64,000 nt of DNA from Antedon mediterranea (GCF_964355755.1 NC_092671.1:39566304-39630303); one strand, 5' to 3'. Positions 28,001-42,823 are shown, counted from the stretch's first letter. The notes: generated from the letters alone by a model not told the origin. Numbers and translations: made by a program.

Positions 28001-30304
28001 CAGCCTTCAAACAAACTTCTGACACTGATATTATTATGCTTAACATAAATCCCAATACATCATAATACATTAATAGAGGCCTAGCTTGACATCTACGGAG
28101 CAGGTACAGATATCGTACTAATTAATGTTTATAAATAAATGTAAAATTACCAATAAACAGCTTGTATATATGCATTCACGATTAAATAATATGGATACCT
28201 CCATGACAACATTTTAATATTAATTTTCTTTCACAATTTATTTCAACATGATGCTGATGTTTACAACTAGACTCTGTGCTGTCGTAATACAGTATATCAT
28301 TTATCAGCCGCATTTTCAGTCGTCACTCATAGCGAGAGAAAACGTTTAACTATTTTGAGGGCGCCATTCGTTAATTCATTTTTTGACAGGTAAACCACCA
28401 CATTATTTTTTATTTATTTACTTTTTTTGTATTTATTCATTTAGCATCCATTCAAAAATACATTTAAAATACATAACAAAGAATATATACAAAAATTGAT
28501 TTAAAAACGTATAAAACCAATGGAATCCATCCAGTGAATGGATGCAAGGACGACCCATAAAATCGACGTCAATTTCTTTCCAATGGGGTATTGTCATGGG
28601 TTCAAAGATGGACTTGGCTGCTAGACCTACGTCTAAGTTCTAGAGAAGTACTAATAGTTGCAGATAAACGTATAAAATATATATTGTTTTCATTTTATGT
28701 TTCGAAATGCGATTAAATGAATGATACCGTAAAAATACAAAATAGGCCAAGCAATAGATAACACTATAACCAGATGAAATTGTTTTCACAATATAGTATA
28801 ATTTCACACCATGTACAAATATTACAGATAAGTACCTCAATGATAAATTAGACGATAAATTTAATATCTCGTTGTTTGCACGAAACAACTTATGACAAAA
28901 TATTTATACAGCAGCATATGGCAGCTTAAACCATTGATGTTGACAATGATAACATTATAAAATTTATTATGTAAAGATGATTGATTTTCAACGTGTCTTT
29001 TGTGGTCCGGTTATTATGATGATCTAGGTTCTTTTATTTTGTTACCATACTTCAATGCCAACACGTTAGGTTACAAATATTCTTAATTGATTTATTCCAT
29101 GTGTAAAATAATAATTATGATATGATTTGATAAAGTTTGAATTGGCTAGTGTTGCTCATTAAATCAATTATTTAAAAAACCTTACATTCATTCATTTTTT
29201 CAAAATCAATTTCAATAACAATACACAAGAACAATTACAATCAATACACTAAAAGTGGGGGTTAAAATGGTATAAAACTTCAAAAAGCATAAATACAAGA
29301 ACGATTATAATAAACCATCCTATCAATATTTCATTTTGTGACTTTTCTGAATATTTCTGGATTTGAATAATATGAGTGGTAGAAAAGCAACTCGGCGACA
29401 TGCCGGTCACCTATCTGCAGACAATTTTTAACAATTATTAGTTCGAACGTTCACGTACGTACGTAACTATTATAAAACTAGACTTGCTATAAGTCTGTAC
29501 TTATTGTATTTTTTATTTATTTTTTTAACCTGATGCTTTAGCCAGCTACGTCCCAAGAGGACTACTCATTCAGAAGCTGAAGGCAAGCAGCAGTTATAGT
29601 ACTAGAGGCCGACGTCATGCTAAATTTACAAATCCCAAAGCAAAGCTGTGAGATAATCATTGAATTATTATCAAAACAGCCGATTAAAGATTTTTTTTTT
29701 AGGATACTTCACACTTGAAGTATCTAGGCTTGATGAAGTGACCCTAGACTTGACCATAGCAATAAATAAACTAAAGTGACAGAAATTGAGTCTGTTTCAT
29801 ATAAAAGTAGAAATTCTTCGTTGTATTTTACTTTAAATACAAGTTAATCACTTCTGTAACAAAAAAAACGTATAATAAGAGAAAAGAAACGTTTAATTAT
29901 AACCCAAAAAAAAGAAGTATTTTTTGCTTTAAATTACATTTTTCAGGTAAATAATTGTTTGGTTAACGTGAATAACTATTATGTGACAATAAAATGACAC
30001 ATTCAAAAACAAATTTGAAATAAAAAATATTTTTTCGGAGGGACAATATATCATTAAAAACTGTTTTTTGTAAGAAATATTACTTGTCTTTTTTTCTGTT
30101 TTTTTTTTTAATCAAGCTCAAGTAGTATACGTATAAAACGCCATATGTGCCAAAATATTATCTTTTTACTATAATATCAAGTCAAAACTCCCTCTGGACT
30201 ACTATAAAACATGCAAAAGTTGGATAAAGTATTTTAAATACATGGATGGCAGATCAATTTAAAGTCACTTACACCGGTTCAATATTTTGGAACAACCTGA
30301 AAAG

Positions 30305-31594
30305 AAATAGGTTTTTTAAAACTACTCGTATGAAAAAGCCGGTACATTGAATCAACTTTTGTTTTAAAATTACAAATCACAAATTATAATCCTTGCCTCT
30401 TGTCCAAAAATGAGGTTTTTTGGACAAGTAGTTCTCGGGAAAATGTAATTTCAGTTCTTTAAGACTGCTCACCGGCTTTTGAAAATTGTCTCCTATCTTT
30501 TAACACTAGCCGGTCTGAAAACAATATAATTTTGTTATTTGTGAAGTTATTAATAAACCAATTTTGTTGATTTTCAATAGGCATGGTCTGAAAGTAAATA
30601 CCTATCTACACCCAAAAATTCAGAACGATAACTTGATAACTGTAGGCGCTATCGTGCTAACAAACATACATACATACATACATATAAATCAAAGAGCTGC
30701 ATAGGCAGGATATAGAAAAAAATCAAGATCAAATAAGTTAAAACTGCCTCAATATAGATTTATTTTAACGACATGTTTCGGGCATAGCCCATCATCAGGT
30801 GAAAAGAATTGTAACAAAGGATAACATATATAAGTCACAAAATTACATAATAAAACAAATCAGCCAATCAAAGATGTTAACAAACAAAAGGCATAGTTAT
30901 AAAGGCACGCCTCCAAAAGCTATGGTGTACAAAGCAGGAATGGTTGCTTATAAAGCAGGAAATTTAAAACAAAGACAAAAGCTTCAAGTGTAAATAATTG
31001 TTAATATGTGAATGTCTCTGGCAAAATTAATGTTTAAAGGATCTAAATTGTACATTTATGCCGGTAGGGGCAAGAGTGCCAAGCTTTACAATTATTCTTT
31101 CTTCTATAATTCTACGAGATGTCTCAGAACCATTACATACTTTAACACCAGAAATAGTAATATCCGAAAGAGAATGCTCATTATTACAAAAATGGGTGGC
31201 TACAGGTAATCCGGGAGTCTTTAGTTTAATAGACCTTAAATGTTCTACAAACCTATCACCTAACCTGCGTTTAGTTTCACCAATATAAAGCATATTACAT
31301 TTAGTACACGAAATACAATAAACTAGATTTCTAGTGGTGCACGTAATACGATCTGTGATAACATAATTACCAGAAGGTCCTACTATTTGGTTTGAACATG
31401 AAACGTAATTACATGTCGAACATCTATTTCTATTACATTTGAATGTTCCAGTTGATTCATTACCTTTGTACATACATACATACATACATACAAACAAAGT
31501 AAATACTATACTTGGCAAAATTCTTTTTGCCAAGTAACAAACAAACACACGCTACCGATTACAATCATATACCTCCTTGGCGGAGGTAAATAAA
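30305..31594. mobile_element. Helentron/DINE-like non-autonomous element with internal (TACA)n, absent from copy 1
   Basis: Ends in acctccttggcggaggtaa, as does the element at ~53880; tetranucleotide tract; left end approximate. Confidence 0.5.
30687..31469 (-). mobile_element. Second, shorter Penelope copy (GIY-YIG part + hammerhead at ~30765-30805)
   Basis: Nearly identical to 6072-6853; bounded by (TACA)n on both sides. Confidence 0.9.
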
Positions 31595-31745
31595 TGTATG
31601 TACTATCTGTAGATATAAAGAATATTAAGTATAAACATAATATTGTAAAAAATATAACAGAACTTTTATAATCAAGATACTGATTAATGGTGGCCCATCT
31701 CTTGTTTTGTTGTTGTTTTGTCCTTCATTATGTCAATTTTATTGA

Positions 31746-33162
31746 CTAGATGGTACGCTCGCTTCGCTCGCGTACCATCTAGGTCGTGCCCACAGATGGT
31801 TCTCGAATACATAATAATTTCAGCGTTAAAAAACTGGCGATTTCAAATGTACGTACCGCAGGACAATAATACATGTCGTGTACAGGAACGAATAAATAGA
31901 CACTGTGATTTATGTACTCAACTAAAATTAGCACCCTATTACTTCCGAAAGAGAAACTTGTCACAAAATAAGACCAATTGTTTAAGTCAAATTTAAACAA
32001 ACTTAATTTGTGTTTTGTATGTAACATTAGGGTTGAGGGATGGGGAAGAGGATGGGTGCAAAGAGGAACAATGTTAAAATATATTCTTTATCCATTTAGT
32101 AACGAAATATTAATTGCTTTCATGTTTTACAAATAATATACCACTAAACACAGTAAAACATTGCGATGTAATACTTTGTTGAAACTATCACCGTCCTAGT
32201 CGATTGAAATAGTACAGCACATGTAACGATACATCACTACGACGTGTATATGTTTATAATATAATGTAAAACAATTTGTGAAAACCACCTCTATTCGGGG
32301 AAAATCATAAATTCGATTTAATCGTCAATAAATATTAAATTATCTAACTCAACTTAATTAGTAGGCCTAATGGTTTTCAATTGTTTCTTAGAGCCAATTC
32401 ATACTTAAGTTGGTTCCTACCCTACCCACCAAAGTTGTTCTGCGTTTAGGGCATGTGATGTACCGTAGGCCTATTCTCTATTGGTTTTACAACGCTACTC
32501 ATGCCAGTGAGGGAAAGGTGATGATGTGGGTGGTTTAACTGCAATAATAAAGATTTGTACATAATATACGGCGAGTGAAAACGTTAGCTCATTATCCGTT
32601 TAAAAAAAAATTATATCCAACCTCTGCAGCACAGATTGAAAACAAAAATGGATCGAATTTCGAGTATACAGTACTGTACTTTACGACGCCTGAGGGAATA
32701 GACACTTGTGAAACAGAGATTGGAATGTTCCATTCATCGCAAATCAATACATTTGTATAATCGTATATTTTTTAAGAAAATCGGCCTGTCTTCAACATTA
32801 TGATGCTGTACTCTAGCTGTTCAACCAGTTTTCAGCTATTAAAAACAATTATCGTAGGAGGAGATAGGAAAATGCGAAGCCTCCTCGTATTTTTGTGGCG
32901 GGTATTTTTCAAGATGGACATCCATTAGACAGTGTATACCACGATCGGAAAACACCCCTATTTGGGGCAAATCGTTGAACCTAAATTCGTTTTAATCGTC
33001 AATAACTAATTACCTAACTCAATTTAATTAGTAAACAGGGTTACATCAGATGGTTAAAATCAGTACCGAAAGTACGAACCAACTTTATATACCATCGAGT
33101 AGAAATTCTAGAAATAAACCGAGATTTACCGAATTTTGCCCTTACGTAAATTTATATATAGA
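31746..33162 (-). mobile_element. Non-autonomous Helitron
   Basis: Minus strand 5'-TC...CTAG-3' between A and T with no TSD; terminal palindrome ctagatggtacgc..gcgtaccatctag; empty site at ~14075-14080. Confidence 0.8.
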
Positions 33163-33615
33163 TGTATTACTTTTGCTATTTCAGTGCTATTGTTCATATT
33201 GTATATGAATGTATGTTAGTATGGGACAAACCCTCGATTAGCGAAAGCTATTTTTCTTTGCTCCAATTTGCCATTGGTAAATAACGAATCAGTTGTATAT
33301 TTATTATTTCAGTGTTATTGTTCGTATTTAATGTATTTTTGAGTATGAAGCAAACCTTCGATTACCAAATGTTATTTTGTTTGTTCCATCCAAAGAATGA
33401 ACATCAACAGAAATAAAACACACAATTGGTTCCTTTTCTTCACCTCTGCTTTTCAGATGTGCTACAGTGTGTTCACATTCTTTCGCAAGAGCGTATACCA
33501 ATGATGAAATGCTGGAAAAAGTCATCAAACAAACTATAATGATAACAACAAAGTTATCTGTGGACAATATGTTTTGTGAAAAACAAGAATGTGAATATAG
33601 ACATCTGGACTACAT

Positions 33616-33690
33616 TATATAAGAAGTTGACATGTAATGGACGGCACTTTCGTCTTCGAACCTTCAGGTTATGCTGCATCAAAGGTATGT
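33616..33690 (+). promoter_or_regulatory. Putative amylase-2 core promoter and non-coding first exon
   Basis: TATATAAG at 33616, gcACTTT at ~33646, AAG|GTATGT at 33685. Confidence 0.6.
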
Positions 33691-34246
33691 ACTATGTTGT
33701 TGTTTTAAACTAATATTGTTTCTAATTACAATAATAAATAGCTTATTATTTTACTATATTAATAATCATTAACAAAACAAGCTAACAGAAATTGGAATAG
33801 AGAAAACTGGGGATGTGTTATAATAATGTTATTATGTGACATTTTTTCTACATAGTTATTAACCATGGGGGTTAATATTAGAGTCACAAAACTATTGAAA
33901 AAAAAATGACATTCTGAAGATAATGATAATAAGGAGATATGTTCATCTCGGGAGAGTAGGGAGGATTGAGTGTTTTTGAAATAAAGTTAGAGTTCAAATA
34001 AAGTTTATTCGTACTGTTTTATTATTTTGATATGATTTGCCGACCCGAAAAGTTAGGGTGGGTTACTATGTTGAGGTGCCTAATTTAAGTTTAGTAATAA
34101 TAACCCACTACCCTAAAAATAATCAAAGAATAATAACCCAGGGTTACAATTAGAAGATTTACGGTTTTTCAGTAAAACAGACTCCTCCTCCCCTATGTGG
34201 GTAATGTTGTTATTTTATTAGGAAAAACTCTTATCTTAATTTTAGC

Positions 34247-37109
34247 ATGAAGTTCTTAGTATTTTTTGTACTAACCATTGGGTTGGTACTAGCGCAGAAA
34301 GACCCAAACTTTGCCGATGATCGAACTGTAATTGTTCACCTATTCGAGTGGAAATGGACAAGTATTGCCAAGGAATGTGAAAGGTAAACTATAACACGTA
34401 CCTATAAATAATATACGCACAATAAACAATTTATATCACAAAATATGTATAATCTATGGCCTACATGATACAGAATTGGTGTTATTAAACTAAATTTGAA
34501 CATAATCGTTATGGGTGTCAATAGCGAGTAAGTGGCCGAGCGGTTAAGACAGTTGAACCGTAATTAAGTAGCCATAACATCAGCAAGATTCGTGACTCAT
34601 GGTTCGGGTGGTAGAACAAGTCCTCTCGGATAAAGACTATAAACCGTATGTCCAGTGTACACATATAGTTCATGTGTATTTTGCATATTACTAGTACATC
34701 TTTCGAATCGAATAAGAGGGGTCACCCTGGGTGTACTAGTACACACATCAACTGATCATAACTGGGCTCATTGTGCAATTGGGTGTTTAGTTCACCACCT
34801 GCTGTTCACATCCTTCACTAATAAATATCTTAGTTAGAAGTTGAATAAAAAATGGAAACAAAAAATAACACTATTTGGTTATTTTATAAATTAATTAGGT
34901 TTTTGGGACCACATGGATTCGGAGGTGTCCAAATCTCACCACCAAACGAACATCGAATTGTCTACCAGCCCGACTGGGATCCAAATGTAAAACGCCCTTG
35001 GTATGAAAGCTATCAACCAATCAGCTACAAGCTTAAAACTCGACGCGGTACGCGTGACGAACTTATCGATATGGTGGAACGATGTAACAAGGCTGGCGTA
35101 AGAATCTACGCGGACGTTGTGGCCAACCATATGTGTGGAACTGATGCTGGTATTGGAACTGGTTCTGCAGATAGTACGTACGACACCTCACAATACTTAT
35201 TCTCTGGCGTGCCATTTTCTTCTGGTGATTTCAATGTCCCTCAGGGGAAGTGTAACAGCCACAATGACCAGATATCCAACTATGGAGATCCTGACCAGGT
35301 TTGTGTGCTTTAAATTAATGAATCATTTAGATAAAAAATTCTTGAATAATTACTAGTAGAAGTTGTATAGAACTTATAGTACAAACGATATGCAACAACG
35401 GTCTTTGTTTAACATTTTGTTATTCGTTCATACAGGTTAGAAATTGTAACTTAGTCGGGCTTATGGATCTCGATCTGTCAAAAGATTATGTACGTCAAAA
35501 AGTAGCCGACTATCTGAATGATCTGACATCTATTGGAATTGCTGGATTCCGTATAGATGCAGCCAAACATATGTGGCCAGCAGATTTCCAAGCCATTTTA
35601 GGTAAACTCAAGGACCTGCCAACAAGTTACTTCAATCCTGGCTCTCGTCCATTTGTTTACCAAGAGGTCATTGATCTAGGAGGCGAAGCCATCAGCTCTA
35701 CCGAATACACACACCTTGGTCGTGTTACAGAGTTCCGTTATGGTCGAGAGGTATCAGAAGCCTTCAGAGATGGAGGCAGTAATCATATATCAAATTACGA
35801 ACCATTTGGATCCGGCTGGAACAATATGGTGCCTGAAGGTGACGCACTAGCTTTTATTGACAATCATGATAACCAGAGAGGACATGGCGGTGGTGGACTA
35901 CTGGTAACACATGATGATGGTAAATACTACACACTTGCAGTAACGTATATGCTGGCATGGCCGTATGGTGTACCCCGTGTTATGAGTAGCTACGATTTCA
36001 CGACAGATTGGCAAGGTCCACCTTCAGATGGTAACTACGTAACCGATGACCCACCGATCATGCAAGATGGTAGCTGTGGCGGTGGCTGGGTGTGTGAACA
36101 TCGTTGGCGTGCAATCAAGAACATGGCAAAATGGAGAAACATTGCCGGTAATGAACCGGTGAAGAATTGGTGGAGTAATGATTACCAGCAGGCAGCTTTC
36201 TCTCGTGGAAGTAAAGCATTTGTTGCTCTCAATAGAGATTACAATCCAATCGATGCAAAACTTAATACTGGGCTTCCATCTGGAGAATACTGCGATCTAG
36301 CAAGAGGAGATTTTGATGACGCTAGTAAAACTTGTAGCGGGCCAACTGTCACAGTTGATAACGCGGGAAATGCCGACATCTACGTCGATAACAACTCCGA
36401 TGAGCCTGTACTCATACTCCATGTCGGTGCCATGGGTAAAGGTTGTTCTGATTGCGTTAATCCAACTTCTAAGCCCAATCCAACTTCTCCGCCAGACAAT
36501 GGTGGTGTAACATCTCCTGCCGGATCAAGTCGCACGGTAATATTTGTAAATAAACCTACAAGCAACGGTCAAGATTTATTCGTACGTGGCGGTATTGATC
36601 ACTCACGACGAACAGGATGTACATCGGAGGCGGAAACTAGCGCATGCGCACTACCGATTACACATCGTACAGGCGGCTCAAACGGTAAATACAACGCATG
36701 GAAAACAGGCGATATGCATCTTGATTGGTATGGAGCTGAGTACGGCCAAGGCAATTATAATGGCGACCATCCGGTTGGTTCTCCAATGGTTTGGACCACC
36801 AACAACCCCGGGCATGGTGGTAATGTTAACAAAGACGGGTATGGGTACACGGCTCTTAACCAATGGGGAGACCACTACTGGTTGCTGGACGTAGACATGG
36901 ACTGCAGTAAAACAGAGAATGGTTGGTTTGAGGTCAAAGCTTTCTTGAAGAACGGAGATGGTTGGGAGAGCGATCGCAACCAGGCATCAAGTTGTTCTGG
37001 AACTGCTGGTGGCAGCAAACCGTACACGACTGGCAATCATTTTGCACGATGTGGGTTTGTGAACGTATTCAACTACAATGACAATTCATGCCTTATCAAT
37101 AACTTTTAA
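34247..37109 (+). CDS. amy: Secreted alpha-amylase, long form with Pro/Ser/Thr linker and extra C-terminal domain; exons 34247-34383, 34899-35298, 35436-37109
   Basis: Same GH13 motifs as copy 1, then NPTSKPNPTSPP and RTVIF..GQDLFVRGGIDH..LDWYG..WTTN..WGDHYWLLDVDMDCSKTENGWFEVK. Confidence 0.95.
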
Positions 37110-38221
37110 ATTGCTTGTTAATTTAGAAAAATAAAAAGACAAATTTACCACACAAAAAAAATATAATAATGACAAAAATAAAATGATTTTATCAATTGCA
37201 TTAACATTATAATGACTTCTTTATTTCTATTGCTACAAACACGTATTTCTTGAACAATTTACTATATAATATCGAGTAGAATATTTTGATATTTTCTAAT
37301 TTTTCTCTTATGTATAGTAGAGGGTATCGCGTTCATATTTCAATAACCTCGGCTCTGCGCAAGTGTTTTTATATTTCAGTAATACCCGCCTTTACTACAT
37401 TTCAGTCGTCTGAATTTACTATTCACGTAAATGAAGTTCACTGACCATTCTAAAAAAAAACCAAACAAAACAAAAAAATAGTACGGTAAAAATATTCGGT
37501 AAAAAATAATATTCTATACGGTTCTATACGGTTTTATATACTATGCTAATTTTATGCGAACTTTAATTGTGATCGTTTTATTTTCCCAACATAATATTCT
37601 TTTCAATCATTAGGTCTCAACCACATACCCACGGATACTATATGACGTCATCCATGTACTTCCATAGGCAAACAAAATCTGAATGGAACACTCTGACACT
37701 GTGTATAGTTTGTCGTATTCGATTGGGAACTTTCATTGTCAACATAACGATTCGTTGAGTACTTTTTGTATTCGAATTATAAATTGTAAATGTGCTCAAC
37801 AGAAAATCATTCGAATAGAAAACGTTGAAAACGCAATCCTTTTGTTAAGAACAATCTCAATGCTCAAAATACTCCGTTAAATAAGTACTTAACGGAAACA
37901 CTGTACTCAACGGTAAAAGTTATTATGAATTAATGTGATGGGAATCTCAGATTATGGTCGTTAAGAAGGAACCCGTTTATGCAACTTGGGCCTAACCTAA
38001 CCTATCTATCTAAAGAGCTTCAACATTGCCCTAACCATTTAGGATGTCTACATCAAGTTTCGTAAAGCTTAGTTCCCATTGGACGCAAAGTAAGGACGTA
38101 AGCCGTAACGTAAGCGAATTGACCAATCACAAACGACAGTTCGAATAATCCATCGCTTTGATTGGTCAATTCGCAAGGGTGCGGCTCACGTCCTAGTGAG
38201 AACCAAGCTTAAACAACTTAC

Positions 38222-39697
38222 ACGATAGTAGTTGTTATTGTCATCAACACACCCACAACCCTCTGCTGGCACACATCGTCCATTGGTGTCTAGGAACGTG
38301 TTTGTTTTTGGACATTGGCAGGATGGGACACAGGCAAGACAGAATGGGTAGATAGCGGTCAAGCGCTGCTGACAAGTAGCTGGACCACATGATGCTCCAC
38401 AGGCTACCGGAACTGGATCACATGGACAATCTAGTTTTAAAGATCACACGTTAAAATAATGTTCAGAAACTTTCTTTTAATATAAACTGACTAGACAACA
38501 TAATCATACATTTAATACATTACAATTTCACATAAAGTGTGGAACTGAATTATCAGTTTTTCTTTATCACAACACCCTGAACAAAAAAAAACATAATCTA
38601 CACACATTCAAAATATGTATTGGGGTTTCTACAAGTTGCACACAAAGAAGAACAATTTTATGAGTCAAATGATGGCTGTATCACGACTCATTTTAATAAT
38701 TCATTTATTAGTAAAAATATAAAAATATATATAAATTTTTTTCTTCAAAAGAATTGAAAATACTGGTATGAACTTTGACATACCAGGTGGTGGGATACAC
38801 GTGCACGTTTCACAGCCGTCTTCTTCTTTTTCAAAACCATATTCACATACTACAGGAACAATTCCACAATTCCTAGGCTCGCAGACTGGAACACAGCTAC
38901 ACGTTGGACAGCCGTCGTCGTCCAGTGCAATCTAACGGCTCTTCGCATTCCAGGATTGGGCATACGATGAACTCGTCGTCTACGCATTGACATATATCGC
39001 AGCCATTTTCATCTTGCTGGTAGCCATTATGGCAAAATATACCACAATTAAGAAGGTCTTTACAAGCACCTGGATAATTCAAAAAATATACCTTAAACAA
39101 TTTTAAGCCTTGTCTACACTATCAAACTTTATGTGACAAAAAATGTGATGTGCCCATATATGGACATGATGATGTCATATCACTACCATAGTTGGGTACG
39201 GTATATCACTACCATATTTGGGCACATCACACTTTGGGTTGACAATAAACGACGAGAGTGAAAAACTAGGAAACATAAGAATATTGGAAAAAATGTCGGT
39301 GTTTATCCGAATAAAAATGTCGGTAATGATGGCAATGATTACATTATGGTACTGTATATGATAACGAGACAGACACTTGGAAATGAGTACAGTGGATGCA
39401 ATGATGATGACGATACTGTTGCTGATGATTTAAAAAATAACTTTAAAAGACAACAACCTAATTCACAACAAAAATGTACAAAGAAAATAATTGAAAGCGT
39501 CCTTTGACATTTGTGTGTATCTACAGAAAGTGTATTTTCAGGAATAAAAGCAGTCACAAAAATGTTTAAAATATTCAATACTGTAGAATAAAACGAACAA
39601 AGGGAAAATAAGAGTGTTTAACGAAATAACGAAACTCACCAGCTTGTGAGACCAAAACAATAGTTGACAACAGAATTGAAAAAACGGCGGTGTTCAT
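38222..39697 (-). pseudogene. Frameshifted paralogue of the antistasin+TIL gene; exons 39697-39640, 39069-38784, 38430-38222
   Basis: Exon 2 is 286 nt against 294 nt in copy 1. An 8-nt deletion at ~38925 gives LDCTGRRRLSNV*. Confidence 0.8.
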
Positions 39698-41010
39698 GTT
39701 GACTCGAGAAAGTTTTAAATAATAAAATGGAAATTCAATCATCAATCATCTCCTTATATGTTGTTCTAACCAGGATCTAGTATTATCACTCTAGTATACC
39801 ACATCTTTTCTAGCTTAATATCTTAATATTCCTAAACACTAAGTGTATTACACACTAATTTCTCCATGATCGTATAGCCAGGAAAGTTTTAAGATTAAAA
39901 TTTGTGTAAAAGTAGATTAAACCTTCCTAATAAAATGCACTTGCTATGTCCGGTTCCGTAAAACAGATTAATTATCATCTTTTAGAGAAGCAAATCAAGG
40001 GTCATTGAAGATGTCTTATTATATTGTATTCTATGTATGCATATGTTACGAATGACTTTATTTGGAGAATAAAACTATATTTTCCGTATGATTTTAAAAC
40101 ACATCAAACCACTTTTTTAGGATGTTCACGGTATGTTCACGGTATGTAGCCTACAAAGAAGGCACCACTTGCTCCCTCTAAATACACATTGGGAACGGTT
40201 ACTGAATGTTAAAGAAGGGCTGTTTGATAGCCTTGGTTGAACGAGTAATACTGAGCCTAAATAATCTTTAATGAAATGTCCTACAATACAAAGGAGTTTT
40301 CAAATTCATTTTTTTCCATAATTTCATTTTCTAAAATCTAACAAATTCTAAATGTGTAGACATTCTTTATTACTATAGATTATTCAAAATGGTTTAAACT
40401 TTCAAAAAAAGTGTTTGGTGCCCTCTATATTATTGCAAATTCTACAAAGATGTCACATGTGTAGGTTATCTTTTAACAAACACAATTAACTTATGCTGTT
40501 AATTATTTTCTTTGAGTACTTTTCAACAATGTTAAAAGGTCGATTTGCATCTCCCTTCGGCAAAACCTTGCATAGAATGTTGTGGTATTGCTTTATAATT
40601 ATACAGACTAATTGACAATTTATAAATTTGCCATCACATTATTCAATTGTTCATTATTATGAATTATCCCCATACTTTATTATATTACATATTCTTTTAT
40701 TTAAAATAACCAACATTTAGTTTAATAATTGTAAGCTGTCTGTGGTCGATTGCACTACGTACATTTTTAACATTTGACATCACACACTTTTTCCACACCT
40801 GTTCGTCTTGTACTGCCTGACACTCTCCCTACCACACCCTTTCTCTATATTTTATTGTGGACTGACATAATCAATTCTTATCGTTTCTCGTTTTAAAGAA
40901 GGAAGTATGGTTTAAGTATGTGAACTGATTTTACTTTAAAAAACGTTCATAAAGCGATGCATTCATTCTTGCTCCTTGGTATTATTTAAAACTAATTTCA
41001 GAATAAAAAC

Positions 41011-41103
41011 GTGTTTAGCACATGTTTGGGTAGACCAACTAGCATAGGTGTTTAGCACATGTTTGGGTAGACCAACTAGCATAGGTGTTTAGCACATGTT
41101 TGG
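41011..41103. repeat. ~37-bp direct repeat x2.5 upstream of His-rich gene 1
   Basis: gtgtttagcacatgtttgggtagaccaactagcatag. Confidence 0.85.
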
Positions 41104-41511
41104 TCTTTTCTTGCCTTTATATATTTGTCTTCTTTGTATTTTATATGGCAGAAAATTGAATAAAAAAAGTACTACTGTTTATTTTATCAATGGTAACGAA
41201 ATGTATTTTAAAAAGTGATCAGGTACGGTATCATACTTGACTGTCGAATAACCAGATGTTACTCTAAAACCTAATGGCATATTTATGGCACTATCAATTG
41301 CACTAGATCCCCCACTACTTGCTCCTTCACATTGACTTTAGTATCAACATTTATGATTGATTATAACTCTGTTAATAAGTGACTTTATCATAGCAAATAT
41401 GATACCTTCATCCCTTGCAAATTCCTCTCTATTTTCCCCATAACGGTCGTATTCTCTACCAGCACGTTGCGTACGTATTACACTTCAAAATATTCGAAAA
41501 GCTGGTGGTCC

Positions 41512-41630
41512 TATATAAAACAGAATCGTAGACTAGTTGACAGAAGTTATGATAGAACTTCTAGTTCTGTCATAGTTGAGATCAATAGTCTTCACTCACC
41601 GACGTGTTTGCAACAGTCAGCACGGTAAGT
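41512..41630 (+). promoter_or_regulatory. Core promoter and non-coding exon 1 of His-rich gene 1, with 5' hairpin
   Basis: TATATAAA at 41512; AGTTATGATAGAACTT at 41545; stem TGATAGAACT/AGTTCTGTCA; donor G|GTAAGT at 41625; acceptor ttcttcag at 42820. Confidence 0.75.
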
Positions 41631-42823
41631 TGAACAAGTATTTAATTTATTTCATTTCAATAAATATTTCAGTGTATTTAAAATAAATACCCCAGGGAAG
41701 AAGTATTTAAAAGCGATAATTAATAAATTATAGCAATCATATTTATTTGAAATTCATAGACAAATATGTATTAAAGTTTATCGTTTTGGAATAATAACCT
41801 CAAATTATGTTACCTCTCTTTATAATGATGAATGATAAAATAATATTAAACACTATGACATCCATATAGGTACAGGTATGTTATTATTTAGTCATTGCTT
41901 TAAGTACCATCTATACGAACAAATAATGAAGGTATGGGTGCAATCAGATGAAGTTTGCTATACATAGATTAGTCACAAAGTCATATATACCGATAAAACT
42001 ATTAACCATTACACTGTATTTCCAAACTTCTAGGCCTATTGAGTTTGTTACTCGTCTTTCGCAAGAATTATATTTTGTTATCTAAATAAATAACGATATT
42101 AAATCTCGTCGTAGCACGGACACCATTTGCAATTCATATTCTCTTTAGTTCGTTATGTTACTCATGTAGGCTTAGGCCTACGGTACTTATACCATTTTGT
42201 ATTCCATGAATTTTCAAATTTCTTCTCCAACATACTGATGTATTCAGACAAACATTTTAGCATAATAAATAAATACACAGGTTAATGTGTGTCTACACGA
42301 TACCTGATGGCTAGTTGATTTAAAAGTAACAAAACCATTGAAAGGGGTTTGACGTATCACAACCTTTTTTACACTGAAAGTTTTGGAAAATAAGGCAAAC
42401 AGAACCTTATACCAAAGCAAAAGTGAATCAGATCAGAGCGGACATTCGGACATTCGGACACAACATTTTAATATTATTATTAATATAATATATTAATAAT
42501 ATTATTAATATCAATGAATTACATAAACATTAATTATTTCTAATCAAACATCAAATGATAACAGCAAGCATTCGCATAAATATATCGGTATTTAATAACA
42601 GTCCTTATACCATCTTAACTTTAATATGTAGGCTATTATTGTACTGATTATTGATTATTATATTTTTATATGAGAAATGGTTCTCGAAACTCGAATTTCA
42701 GACTGTTTGTATCGTTATTTAATGCTTTGTTTATAATGTATCCGTATTTTTTAAATTATACATGAAAGTATTTATACAGTATTGTAACTTATTAATTAAT
42801 AATTGGTTTGTATTCTTCAGAAA

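Larger units (their letters stand above)
28073..40655 (+). repeat. Segmental tandem duplication, copy 2
   Basis: Colinear with 12199-25295. Confidence 0.9.

Noticed and set aside
25296-28072. Spacer between duplicates starting with a hAT-like end (caggggcggacgcagggg)
   Set aside because: No matching right TIR, TSD or coding signal found by eye
34247-37109. Recent bacterial transfer or contamination of the amylase
   Set aside because: Spliceosomal introns, animal-type motifs and host-like flanks
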